Assembly: GCA_963847445.1 (NCBI GenBank)
Contig: CAWJZV010000031.1
Location: 1 to 22,761 of the forward strand
Source: an uncultured delta proteobacterium
GTDB lineage: Bacteria; Desulfobacterota; Binatia; UBA9968
Direction of reading: 5' to 3'
DNA length: 22,761 bases
Shown here: positions 1 through 8,689 of the stretch, one piece after another
Position numbering within the stretch: the stretch's first letter is position 1
Layout: each line of letters opens with the position of its first letter
The notes under the pieces: model-generated
Told to the model about the DNA's origin: nothing
What the model saw: the letters and a program-made list of their open reading frames with translations, nothing else
The model's database searches: none
Position numbers and translations under genes: made by a program

Positions 1-781
1 GCCGCGCAGGAATATCATTGAGATTACCAGACTGAAGAGCGGCGTGGTGGCAACGATGGGCGAAACGATGACGACGCGGCCGGTGGTGAGGGCCATCAGG
101 GTCAGCAAAGCGCCGAATGCTTCGAAGAATCCGATAGGGAAAAGTCGATGACCGCGCGCCGATGCCAGACCAGTTTTCGCTCTCCACTGGTCCACAGGGT
201 ATACGGGATGGCGCCGATCAATGAAACGATCGCGACGACGAAGCTGAAAAACACCGGCTCGTTGGTAATTGTCAATCCGTAGCGCCGCAGCGGAAACGCC
301 ACACCGGCGTAAATCCGGCAACGCTGGAGTAAGCCACATGCCACCAGCGATAGCTCGGCGGCGCCGCTTCCGGCTTCCAGGAAATCATCACCACGCCGGC
401 GACGACTAACAGCGTGCCGAGCAAGACCGCGACGCCGGCGCTTTCACCCATCAGCGCGATGGCGATGACTGCGCTCCATAGTGGATAACTATTGCGCAGC
501 GGCTGGCTGCGCGACGTGCCGATCTTTTGCAAGCCGATAAAAGTCAGCAAGCTGATCCCCGTCTGCATCACGCCGAGGATGACAAACACGATCAACGCAG
601 CCATCGCGAAGCCGGGCACGCCGCCGAACAAAACTACCGCTACGCCAAGGGTGATCGTGCGCGCGGCCAAGGAAACGATGGTGGCGGTGAGCGGCGTCGA
701 ATGGCGCAGGCCGAGCCAGCCGTAAACGGCAAACAGGGCAAAGGCAATCGACGCCAGCAGTGCGGTAACCTCGGAGCTCAT
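1..781 (-). CDS. EamA/DMT-family transporter (two EamA repeats); 3' end outside window; 2 apparent frameshifts (~310, ~135)
   Basis: Stitched hydrophobic protein: MSSEVTALLASIAFALF...GTSRSQPLRNSYPLWSAVIAIALMGE...GTLLVVAGVVMIS (272..781), then AGVAFPLRRYGL...VIDFSLS (ORF 102..344), then GFFEAFGALLTLMALTTGRVVIVSPIVATTPLFSLVISMIFLRG read to base 1, a typical second EamA repeat. Confidence 0.88.
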
Positions 782-850
782 GTTCGGTTGGCTCCATCGG
801 GTGTACTAGAGCCCTGCCGGCCAGTCAAAGGACGGAGCAAAACAGGTATC

Positions 851-880
851 TTACCTATCGTCCATATTTTCGTATATAAT
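851..880 (+). promoter_or_regulatory. Putative sigma70 promoter for the HtrA gene
   Basis: Perfect TATAAT at 875-880 in an AT-rich divergent spacer. Weak -35 TTACCT at 851-856 (18-nt spacer). AAGGAG RBS lies just before ATG 928. Confidence 0.35.
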
Positions 881-927
881 CCGAACCGTTCCAATTAAGT
901 TCTACGACATATCATCAAGGAGCACCC

Positions 928-2473
928 ATGCGCCGAACCGTTACCGGAATATTCATCGTCCTGCTCTTCGCCCTGGCTGCGCGCCATGCCTCGGCGCAGG
1001 ACCAGATACGCGATCTGGTCGTCAAGATTCATGCGGTGCAGCATTCTCCGGATTTGCTCCGGCCATGGACGAAAAATAGTCCTCAACAAGTGAAAGGCTC
1101 CGGCGTGGTTATCGACGGCCGACGGATTCTCACCAACGCCCATGTGGTGAAATATGCCAGCCAAATCTACGTGCAACCGAACCAATCGGCGAGCCACATT
1201 TCGGCGCGGATCGAAGCGATCACCCCAGGGATGGATCTGGCGATCTTGAAACTGGACGACGAATCATTTTTCGATAAGCGCGGCGCCCTACCCTTCGCCG
1301 AGGAACTGCCGCGGGTCAAAGACAACATCAATGTCTACGGCTATCCTACCGGCGGCACGGAGCTCTCGGTGACCCAAGGCATCGTGTCGCGCATCGAGTA
1401 TACCGACTATTACTACCAGGCCACCGGTTTGCGCATTCAGGTCGACGCAGCGCTCAATTTCGGCAACAGCGGCGGCCCGGCGGTAACCGACGGCAAGCTG
1501 GTTGGATTGGTGTTTAGCTTGATTCAAAACGCCCAGAACATCGGTTATCTGATTCCCGTCGAGGAGATTCAACATTTTCTCACCGACATCAAAGACGGCG
1601 TGTACGACGGCAAACCGCAGACCCATGATTTGATCCAAACCGTCGAGAACGATGCCCTGCGCCAGCGCCTCGGCCTGCCCAAGGGCATCAACGGCGTCAT
1701 GGTCTCGCAGCCTTACCGCGACGATCCCAACTACCCGTTGAAAGAGTGGGATGTCATCACCAAAATCGGCGACACGCCCATCGACAGCGACGGCAAAGTT
1801 GCGATTCGTTACGACCTGCGTTTGTCGGCATCCTACTTGGTCCAGAAGCATGCCAAGAACGGCTCGCTGCCGCTCACCGTATTCCGCGCTGGCAAGTTAA
1901 TATCGATCGATTTGCCGGTGCGTTCGCAAAGAGAGCTGGTGATTCCTTATTTGATGGACGCCAGTCCGCGCTATTTCATATTCGGACCGTTCGTCTTTTC
2001 CCAAACCACCCAGGATTACCTCGAACGGCTCGGCAACCAACGCCCGACGACGTTCGGCCGGCGCCCGAGCCCGCTGGTGACCCGGCGCCAAGACCGGCCG
2101 GCGCTTCGAAGACGAAGAGCTCATCGTCGTCGCCTCGCCGCTGTTTCCGGATCGGATCACCAAGGGCTACGACGACCCCAATCGCTCGGTGCTGAGCGAG
2201 ATCAACGGCGTGCCGGTGCGCAACATGCGCCATTTGGTCGAACTGCTGCGTGACAATCGCGCCGAGCAGCTCAGCTTCAAGTTCGCCTCGTCAGGCGTAT
2301 TGACCCACGAGACCATGGTGTTCAATCGCGCCGATCTCTTGAATGCCACCGGCAAAATCCTCGAAGAAAATGGCATCCGCTATCCCTACTCGCCGGACCT
2401 GCGCGCGGTTTGGGAAGCTGCGCCGACCGGGGCAAAGTCCGCCCAAGCCACCTGCTGTGGACTGACGCAGTAG
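928..2473 (+). CDS. Secreted trypsin-like serine protease, HtrA/DegP family with two PDZ-like domains (Deg2/Deg9-like); 1 frameshift ~2100
   Basis: Signal peptide (MRRTVTGIFIVLLFALAARHASA). Motifs GSGVVI, LTNAHVV (His), DLAILK (Asp), DAALNFGNSGGP (Ser). After ~2100 a second frame gives FEDEELIVVASPLFPDRITKGY...SEINGVPVRNMRHLVELL...ILEENGI to TAG 2471-2473. Confidence 0.93.
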
Positions 2474-2542
2474 CCGGTGCGCCGAAACCATGCCGCAGTG
2501 GCGGAAAAGCTGCGTATGATCAGACTCAAGCGAGGGGGAATT

Positions 2543-2782
2543 ATGTTGAAGAAGTTAGGCGCTTTATTGTTCTTTCTTATTGTCATCGTCGCCGCCATCG
2601 GTCTCGCTAATTTCCTGTCAATAACGTTTTACGAAAAGTCGCTTGCTCACTGTCATCAGAGACCTCGTGTTTATCCTTACGAGAAACTAACAACTCCGGT
2701 TCGGGGCAGCGATCTTCGCACAGTGCTGCTGCCGTGGCCTGGTCCTCAGCGGCGAGCGAAAACAGGATTGGCCTGGCGTTGA
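2543..2782 (+). CDS. Small hypothetical protein with N-terminal transmembrane helix (79 aa)
   Basis: GAGGGGG RBS before ATG 2543. MLKKLGALLFFLIVIVAAIGLANFLSITF is a basic-plus-hydrophobic anchor. No recognisable domain. Confidence 0.5.
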   Translation: MLKKLGALLFFLIVIVAAIGLANFLSITFYEKSLAHCHQRPRVYPYEKLTTPVRGSDLRTVLLPWPGPQRRAKTGLAWR

Positions 2783-2835
2783 TCCTAACTCGGCCCTGTA
2801 ATAGGATCGCGCCGTTCACACGGGAGTAATCCGCC

Positions 2836-3519
2836 ATGCGCAAAAGAATATTTAACTGGCTAGACCACGAGTTTATCGAGCTCTCGGGCGAAGCTACACC
2901 CGGCGCCGATGCCAGCGCCGAGGCGCGCGAGCTTTTTCAACGCTTCGACGGTGAGCTGCGCTCCCACGGCCTGTCCCTCGACAGTACCGTACGCTCGCGT
3001 CTCTGGGGGCGGGACCGCGCCAGCCGCGACGCCGGCAGCAACGAACGGGTTAAAATACTTTCGGGCAAGGCCCGCTCGGCCAGCTCCAGCTATATCGCGC
3101 CAGGCCATTTCGATTCGCTGGCCAAGGTCGCCGTCGACCTGCTCGCCATGCGCCCTTCCCGCGCCGAGTTAGAAAAACAGATCGTCGAGTACGTCCCAGC
3201 CATCGTGCCGATCCGCTTTCTAGTTTACGACTCGGTGGTGGTGCTTTCCGGCGTCACCACCGTGCTGCCGACGTTGGCCGAGCAGTTCGACAATATTTTG
3301 CCGCGCATTACCGGCTCTCTCAGCGACGCGGGCAGCTCCTGGGACAAGGTCGCGCAGGTTTCGTTCTACTTTCACCGCAGCCAAGATTTGGCGAACTTGA
3401 AAACCCTCTTTTCCAACCGAGTAACGGCGAAAAAAATCCCGAGACTGGAGTATGTCGTCGTCGACGGTTATTCCTCTGAAGGGAAATTCTGTGAAGTCGA
3501 AGTGACCGCAACGAGGTAA
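2836..3519 (+). CDS. RidA/YjgF/YER057c/UK114-like protein with two tandem Rid-fold halves
   Basis: GGGAG RBS. N half: IELSGE...EARELFQRFDGELRSHGLSLDSTVRSRLW...AKVAVDLLA. C half: VVLSGV...EQFDNILPRITGSLSDAGSSWDKVAQVSFYF...FCEVEVTA. Both follow the Rid pattern (SG, L..AG.s...Vv, vEie..A). Confidence 0.75.
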   Translation: MRKRIFNWLDHEFIELSGEATPGADASAEARELFQRFDGELRSHGLSLDSTVRSRLWGRDRASRDAGSNERVKILSGKARSASSSYIAPGHFDSLAKVAVDLLAMRPSRAELEKQIVEYVPAIVPIRFLVYDSVVVLSGVTTVLPTLAEQFDNILPRITGSLSDAGSSWDKVAQVSFYFHRSQDLANLKTLFSNRVTAKKIPRLEYVVVDGYSSEGKFCEVEVTATR

Positions 3520-3523
3520 CAAC

Positions 3524-4518
3524 ATGGCCGCGACAAATTTGAAAATCGCCATACTCGACGACTTCGAGAAGATCGCCGATACCGTGCCGGCCTATGCCAA
3601 GCTCAAGGCGCGCGCCGACATCACACTCGTGCGCGAACGGCTCGATTCCAGTGAAAAGATCGTCGAGCGCTTGCGCGACTTTCGATGCGCTGCTGCTCAT
3701 GCGCGAACGGACGTTTTTCAGCGACAAGGAATACGGCCAACTGCCGAATTTGAAATTCATCTCGCAAACCGGCCGCACCAGTGTCCATTTGGATTTGGCC
3801 AATGCCACCAAGCGCGGCATCGCGATCTCCGGCACACCCAGCGACACCGGCGCGGCGACCAAAGAACTCACCGTCGGCTTGATCCTGGCCTTGGCGCGCA
3901 AGATTCCCCAAGTCAATCAACGCATGCGCGAGGAACGCTGGCCGGCGATTACCGGCATGTTGCTGGAAGGCAAAACCATCGGCGTCCTCGGTCTCGGCCG
4001 CATCGGCAACGAAGTCGCGCGCATCATGAAGGCCTTCAACACCAGAGTCCTCGGCTGGTCGCGCAGCCTGACGCCGGAACGGGCCGCCCAAGTCGGCGCC
4101 GAAGCGGTGCCGATGGAAACCCTGCTCAAAGAATCGGATTTCGTCACGGTTCACGTCCATTTTAGCGCCCAGACCACGGGCTTAATCGGCGCCAAAGAAA
4201 TCGCGTTAATGAAACGCGGCGCATTCCTGGTGAACACCGGGCGCGGCCCGATCATCAATGAAGAAGCCATGCTCGCCGCCCTCGAAAGCGGTCAGTTGGG
4301 CGGCGTCGGCCTCGACGTCTATGACAAAGAACCGCTGCCGATGGATCACCCGCTGCGCCATTTCGACAACGCCGTCCTGATGTCCCATCGCGGCTACGCC
4401 ACGGTGGAGATTTTGCGCGAGCGCTACGAGCAAGCGATCACCAATATCTTGGACTATCTCGACGGCAAACCGCTCAATCTGATTAAATCCTGACGTGCAG
4501 GTTCGCATCGCTACCTGA
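3524..4518 (+). CDS. D-isomer-specific 2-hydroxyacid dehydrogenase (SerA/GhrB-like); frameshifts ~3682 and ~4485
   Basis: MAATNLKIAILDDFE... joins FDALLLMRERT. Rossmann motif GVLGLGRIG, LVNTGRG (Arg), GLDVYDKEPLP (Glu), MSHRGY (His). Removing one A at ATTAAAT restores a PLNLINPDVQVRIAT end with TGA 4516-4518; the ORF track stops at 4493. Confidence 0.92.
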
Positions 4519-4551
4519 GCACCGACCGATAAAACGCCCTAGTAGTATTGT

Positions 4552-4821
4552 TTGGAATGCCGGGTCAAGCCGATGCGCGACGGCAACGCTGCGCTTCTCG
4601 ATGAGTTTGATCGTTTCTTTAATGAATCGGTGAGCGAGGTACTTGCCCTATCTCGTGAAGTCATCGACCGTGCGACGGAAATCCGGTCGCGCTACGGATT
4701 CAAAACCCCGGATGCAATTCACCTCGCCGCCGCAGCATTATCGAATTGCGAGTTGTTTTTGACGAACGATCGCCGCCTGGATCGTTTCACTGGGCTACCT
4801 GTCGAAGCATTGTCAGTATGA
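4552..4821 (+). pseudogene. vapC: 5'-truncated PIN-domain (VapC-like) toxin gene with no antitoxin
   Basis: LECRVKP...REVIDRATEIRSRYGFKTPDAIHLAAAALSNCELFLTNDRRL matches the C-terminal part of a PIN domain. The N-terminal xxDTN acidic motif and an RBS are missing, and only ~33 nt separate it from the upstream gene. Confidence 0.8.
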
Positions 4822-4894
4822 GAAACTCTCTAGCCCCAACGGCGCGTCGCGAATTCCGGTAGCCCTGAAGTTGATATTTTGCTACGATACTACT

Positions 4895-5239
4895 CGTCGG
4901 CTTCGCCGTGGTCCCGCCTATCAAGCTAACCGTCGGACCAGACGCCCTCGTCCACGAGTAGGTTAACGGACCCGGGCCATTGTCGGGATCAGAGCTAGCG
5001 CTTCCGTTCAGCGTTACTACACTTCCCAGACGAACAGTCTGATTCGGCCCGGCGATACCCGTCTGCTGTTTTTAAATTTTATTTGCATGAGGATCCGTAA
5101 CTTCAATATCTATAGGCGAAACCGATTCGACCAGAAGACGAACCTTCGACTTTAGTCGTCCGTCAAGGTTATCAAGCGCACCTATGGCAAGAAGAATCGA
5201 ATTCACATCTTTAGGTTGATTCCAAGGTACCGAGGGGCA
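4895..5239 (-). pseudogene. Remnant of a secreted/surface protein gene with a PKD(K319/REJ)-like domain; not in ORF track
   Basis: Manual translation of one minus frame: ...DVNSILLAIGALDNLDGRLKSKVRLLVESVSPIDIEVTDPHANKI*KQQTGIAGPNQTVRLGSVVTLNGSASSDPDNGPGPLTYSWTRASGPTVSLIGGTTAKPT. The pattern AGPNQTV..G..VTLNGSASSDPD...LTYSWT..SGP is a classic PKD-like signature. In-frame TAA at 5074-5072. Confidence 0.72.
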
Positions 5240-5427
5240 TCAAAGCTATCGCGATTTGTTCCAAATCCTGTTGAGATCGCTTTTTTGGCGCGACATTCGG
5301 AAAGTCCGCCCGTCTGGTCAATTCAGACCCGCAATCTCCCACCCCAGTTATCCACGGAGGCTTCACACATTTGCGCCCACAAATTTTATGTTTGCCTTGG
5401 CCGGCAAAGCACATTAAAATTTCGCTC

Positions 5428-6021
5428 ATGTCACCGCAGCTAATTGACGTCGCGCCAGCGATTGCCAATGCCTCCGAGATAGAGGCGCCTAGCTATGCTC
5501 TGGCCTTGAGAGTCATTGGCCAGGATTTAGCCCAGTTATTTCCCAGAGTTCTTGAAATTGAGACCGATGGAAAAGTCTTCGAAGCGCGCGGTGAAAGCCA
5601 TCCCAACCCATTCGAGACGATCCAGGAGGGATTCTTTGCCAGGGCCTGGAAGAAGCTCCGTGGTATCGCGCCGGCACAGCCAGCGGCGGCGACCAGTTCC
5701 TTCAGCCGCCGCTACGAATCCGCCGAGATCGATCGTCTCGACCAACTCAAACGGGCGCATCGCGCGGACGATTTTCGGCGCGCCGATATTTACAGTTTAG
5801 CCGAACGGCTGCGCACCATGGGGGCGATCGTCGACGGCAAAAACGGCCGGCTCAAGCACCTGCGCAAGCAGGCCGATCACCTGGTCGTCGAATACTGGGA
5901 CCGGCATAATCAACTGCAGTCCGCCAAGCTCACCACCGTGATCTTGTACCGCAACCAACAACAGCTCGACCATCAACGCCGCAGTGGCCCCTCCGAACTT
6001 TGGGAAGGCTACGATTTCTAA
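5428..6021 (+). CDS. Hypothetical protein (~197 aa) with an apparent internal duplication
   Basis: Open frame with host-like codon use from ATG 5428 (ORF track begins at TTG 5371). Two similar segments: SYALALRVIGQDL and SLAERLRTMGAIV. Confidence 0.75.
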   Translation: MSPQLIDVAPAIANASEIEAPSYALALRVIGQDLAQLFPRVLEIETDGKVFEARGESHPNPFETIQEGFFARAWKKLRGIAPAQPAAATSSFSRRYESAEIDRLDQLKRAHRADDFRRADIYSLAERLRTMGAIVDGKNGRLKHLRKQADHLVVEYWDRHNQLQSAKLTTVILYRNQQQLDHQRRSGPSELWEGYDF

Positions 6022-6083
6022 TCGCTCCCGCTAGCGCTGTTTCTCTTGCAATCAAAATTTGGCCATGGTTCGTTCAGGCAATC

Positions 6084-6779
6084 ATGGTCCGCGATGCCAA
6101 ACTTAGCAGAACCGAGCTCGGCCGCATTTCCACGGTGACGGTCAACCATTACGACCAGCGCGCCGAGATTTTTTGGCGCGACACCCGCGATCACGACGTC
6201 AGTCAAAACATCCAGGCGTTGTTGCAGGCGATCGTCGGCACGCCACCTTTTCGCATCCTCGACTTCGGCTGCGGCCCCGGCCGCGACTTGAAGGCCTTCA
6301 AAGATCTGGGCCATGAGCCCGTCGGTCTCGACGGCTCGGCGCGCTTCGCCGCGATGGCACGCGACTTCACCGGCTGCGAAGTCTGGCATCAGGATTTTCT
6401 CACGCTGCAATTGCCGGCGGAATATTTCGACGGCATTTTCGCCAACGCCTCGTTGTTCCATGTGCCGAGCCAAGAGCTGCCGCGGGTCTTGAGACGAACT
6501 GTGGGCGACATTGAAACCCAATGGCGTGCTGTTCAGCTCCAACCCGCGCGGCGACAACCAGGAAGGCTGGAACGGTGAACGCTATCGGCGCCTACTATGA
6601 TTGGCAAACCTGGCGAAACGCTGGTGACCGGCGCCGGCTTCAGCGAGATCGATCATTATTACCGCCCCGCCGGTTTGCCGCGCGAACAACAACCCTGGAT
6701 CGCGTCGGTCTGGCGCAAACCGACGAGAAGAAAATGGAGTAATGGAGTGTTGGAGTACTGGGTTCCGACCGAGACCTAA
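6084..6779 (+). CDS. Class I SAM-dependent methyltransferase; frameshifts ~6495, ~6585, ~6617
   Basis: ILDFGCGPGRDL (motif I), VGLDGS, FDGIFANASLFHVP. Stitched continuation: ELWATLKPNGVLFSSNPRGDNQEGWNGERY / GAYYDWQTWR / TLVTGAGFSEIDHYYRPAGLPREQQPWIASVWRK. Confidence 0.88.
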
Positions 6780-6810
6780 CACTCCACCACTGCCTTCTCC
6801 ATCACTCCAG
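6735..6810. repeat. Periodic palindromic element, 8-nt unit TGGAGTNN
   Basis: Left arm TGGAGTAA-TGGAGTGT-TGGAGTAC-TGGG. Right arm AACACTCCA-CCACTGCC-TTCTCCA-TCACTCCAG carries the reverse-complement units. Confidence 0.8.
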
Positions 6811-6825
6811 TTCGTCGTTCACCAA

Positions 6826-6861
6826 TTGACAGCCGCACCTTCTATCTATTAAGGTGCGGCT
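6826..6861 (+). promoter_or_regulatory. TTGACA -35 box overlapped by an 11-bp perfect inverted repeat (operator or hairpin) upstream of the amidohydrolase gene
   Basis: TTGACA 6826-6831. AGCCGCACCTT (6831-6841)-ctatctatt-AAGGTGCGGCT (6851-6861). TATTAA at 6847-6852. AAGGAGG RBS before ATG 6902. Confidence 0.5.
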
Positions 6862-6901
6862 AAATCCCTCAGACTCGTCCGAATTAAGGAGGATCGACTA
6901 T

Positions 6902-7953
6902 ATGGCTTTTGTCAGCGATCTGATCATTTCATCCGATTCCCATGTCATGGAACCGGTAGACCTATGGAAAAAAGGCGTGTCGGCAAAATACCGCGACACC
7001 GCGCCGCTGTTTCCGCCGCACCAGGTCGGCGAAGGATTCCAGCAACATGCCGGCGGCTGGGACGCCAACGCGCGCATGCGGAAATGGAAGCCGACGGCTT
7101 GAGCGCCGAAGTGCTTTATCCGACGCTGGGCTTCGACCTGTTCGGCCTCGACGACGCCGGCCTGCAGGAAGAATGTTTTCGCGTCTACAACGACTGGCTC
7201 ATCGACTATTGCAGCACCGACACGACCCGCCTGATCGGCATTCCCGCCATCGCGGTTTACAACGTCGACAACGGCATCAAGGAACTTGAGCGCTGCCGCA
7301 AGGCCGGATTGAAGGGGGCGATCATCTGGCAGGCGCCGCACAAAGACATCCCCTTCACCTCCGACCATTATGAAAAGTTCTGGGCCGCCTGCGCCGAGCT
7401 CGATGCGCCGGTGAGCCTGCATATCCTCACCGGCCACAGCTACAACAAGGACAAAAACCGCAAGGGCGTCGAGCGCTATCGCGGCAGCGTCAATTTAAAG
7501 CTCATGGACATCGCCAACGCGCTGTTCGAGCTGGTATTCTGCGGCGTGCTCGAAAGAAATCCCAAGCTCAAAATCGTCTCGGTGGAAAACGAATCCGGCT
7601 GGATGCCGTGGATCTTCCAGCAGTGGGACTACTACTACAACCGCTTCAAGAAGGAGAATCCGCCGGCCTTCTCGCGCAACCCGAGCAGCTATGTCAAGGA
7701 TCAGATCTACGCCTGCTTCTTCAACGACCATGTCTGCGGCGAGAATCTGACCTTCTGGGGCCAGGACAACATCATGTGGTCCAACGACTTCCCGCATCCC
7801 AACTCGACCTGGCCGAACTCGATTAAGATCATCCAACGCGATCTCGGCCATCTGCCGGAAGAGACCCAACGCAAAGTCGTGTGCGACAACGTCTGCCGGC
7901 TCTATGACATCGACGCGTCGAAGCTGCCGCGCGTGCAAAAACAAGCGGCGTAA
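6902..7953 (+). CDS. Amidohydrolase_2 family protein (TIM-barrel metal-dependent hydrolase/decarboxylase); frameshift ~7078
   Basis: IISSDSHVMEP, EMEADGLSAEVLYPT, YNDWLIDYC, PVSLHI, LERNPKLKIVSVENESGW, IMWSNDFPH. Strong RBS. Confidence 0.93.
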
Positions 7954-7979
7954 CTAAACCGAACTAACCGCAAAAACAT

Positions 7980-8009
7980 GTAGGGGCGGGTTTAAAACCC
8001 GCCCCTTTT
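7980..8009 (+). terminator. GTAG-type REP-like hairpin with T tract, likely intrinsic terminator
   Basis: GTAGGGGCGGGTTT-A-AAACCCGCCCCTTTT: perfect GC-rich stem followed by TTTT, 26 nt after the amidohydrolase stop. Confidence 0.7.
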
Positions 8010-8031
8010 CATTTGAACGACTAGGAATCTC

Positions 8032-8595
8032 ATGACGCTACTCACTGCAACAATTTATCAAGGATCTAACCAGCATCACCGACCGCTACCAAGAGCAGGA
8101 GAAAATCGTCGCCGTGGCGAAACCGCTTGCTCGCGGAATTGGTCAAAAATCCTGACTGTATCGAGCCGCAGTTCAAGCGCCATGGCGGCAAGACCTACGG
8201 CCGCTACATGCTGCATCGCGCGCCGCGTTCAACGTCACCTCGGTGGTCTGGGGTCCCGGCGACGGCGCCAAGGCCCATAATCACGACACCTGGGGATTGG
8301 TCGGCGTGGTCGAGAATGAATTGCAGGAAACCCGCTTCAAACGCCGCGACGACGGCAGCAAGGCAGGCTACGCCGAATTAGAGCCGACCGGAGTCAATCA
8401 GCAACAAGGCGGGAATGGTTTCGACTCTGATCGCGCCGGACAGACGACATCCACGAGATGCTCAACATCACGCAAAAAAATACCGTGGAAGTTCATGTCT
8501 ACGGCAAAGACCTGGCCAACATGCAGCGTCTGCAATTCGACATTGCCAGTCACTCGGTGAAATTTTTCGCCAGCGCCAAGTACGATAACTGCTGA
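8032..8595 (+). CDS. Cysteine dioxygenase / 3-mercaptopropionate dioxygenase family cupin; several frameshifts
   Basis: Stitched: YSLQQFIKDLTSITD...KPLLAELVKNPDCIEPQF...YGRYMLHRAPRFNVTSVVWGPGDGAKAHNHDTWGLVGVVENELQETRF...DDIHEMLN...TVEVHVYGKDL...KYDNC*. The HxH...H iron triad and HVY motif are present. Confidence 0.85.
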
Positions 8596-8613
8596 GACGC
8601 TATGCGGCGCAGC

Positions 8614-8679
8614 AAGGGCGACCGCCGGTCGCCCCTACAAGAAAACTGTAGGATGGGTGGAGCGTCAGCGATACCCATC
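8614..8679. repeat. Pair of GTAG-type REP elements in opposite orientation between convergent genes
   Basis: AAGGGCGACCGCCGGTCGCCCCTAC (8614-8638; reverse strand begins GTAGGGGCGACC) and GTAGGATGGGTGGAGCGTCAGCGATACCCATC (8648-8679). Confidence 0.8.
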
Positions 8680-8689
8680 GTCCTTGCGG

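Noticed and set aside
3670-3700. Programmed ribosomal frameshifting in the dehydrogenase and other split genes
   Set aside because: No canonical slippery heptamer with a stimulator was seen, and too many unrelated genes are affected. Sequencing indels are the simpler explanation.
4830-5070. Structured ncRNA or riboswitch in the long ORF-free gap
   Set aside because: The minus-strand translation explains it as a PKD-like coding relic, and no known RNA motif was recognised.
8590-8640. Cys-TGA at the dioxygenase end followed by a hairpin, as possible selenocysteine plus SECIS
   Set aside because: The hairpin is a GTAG-type REP, the protein is already full length, and read-through gives no meaningful sequence.
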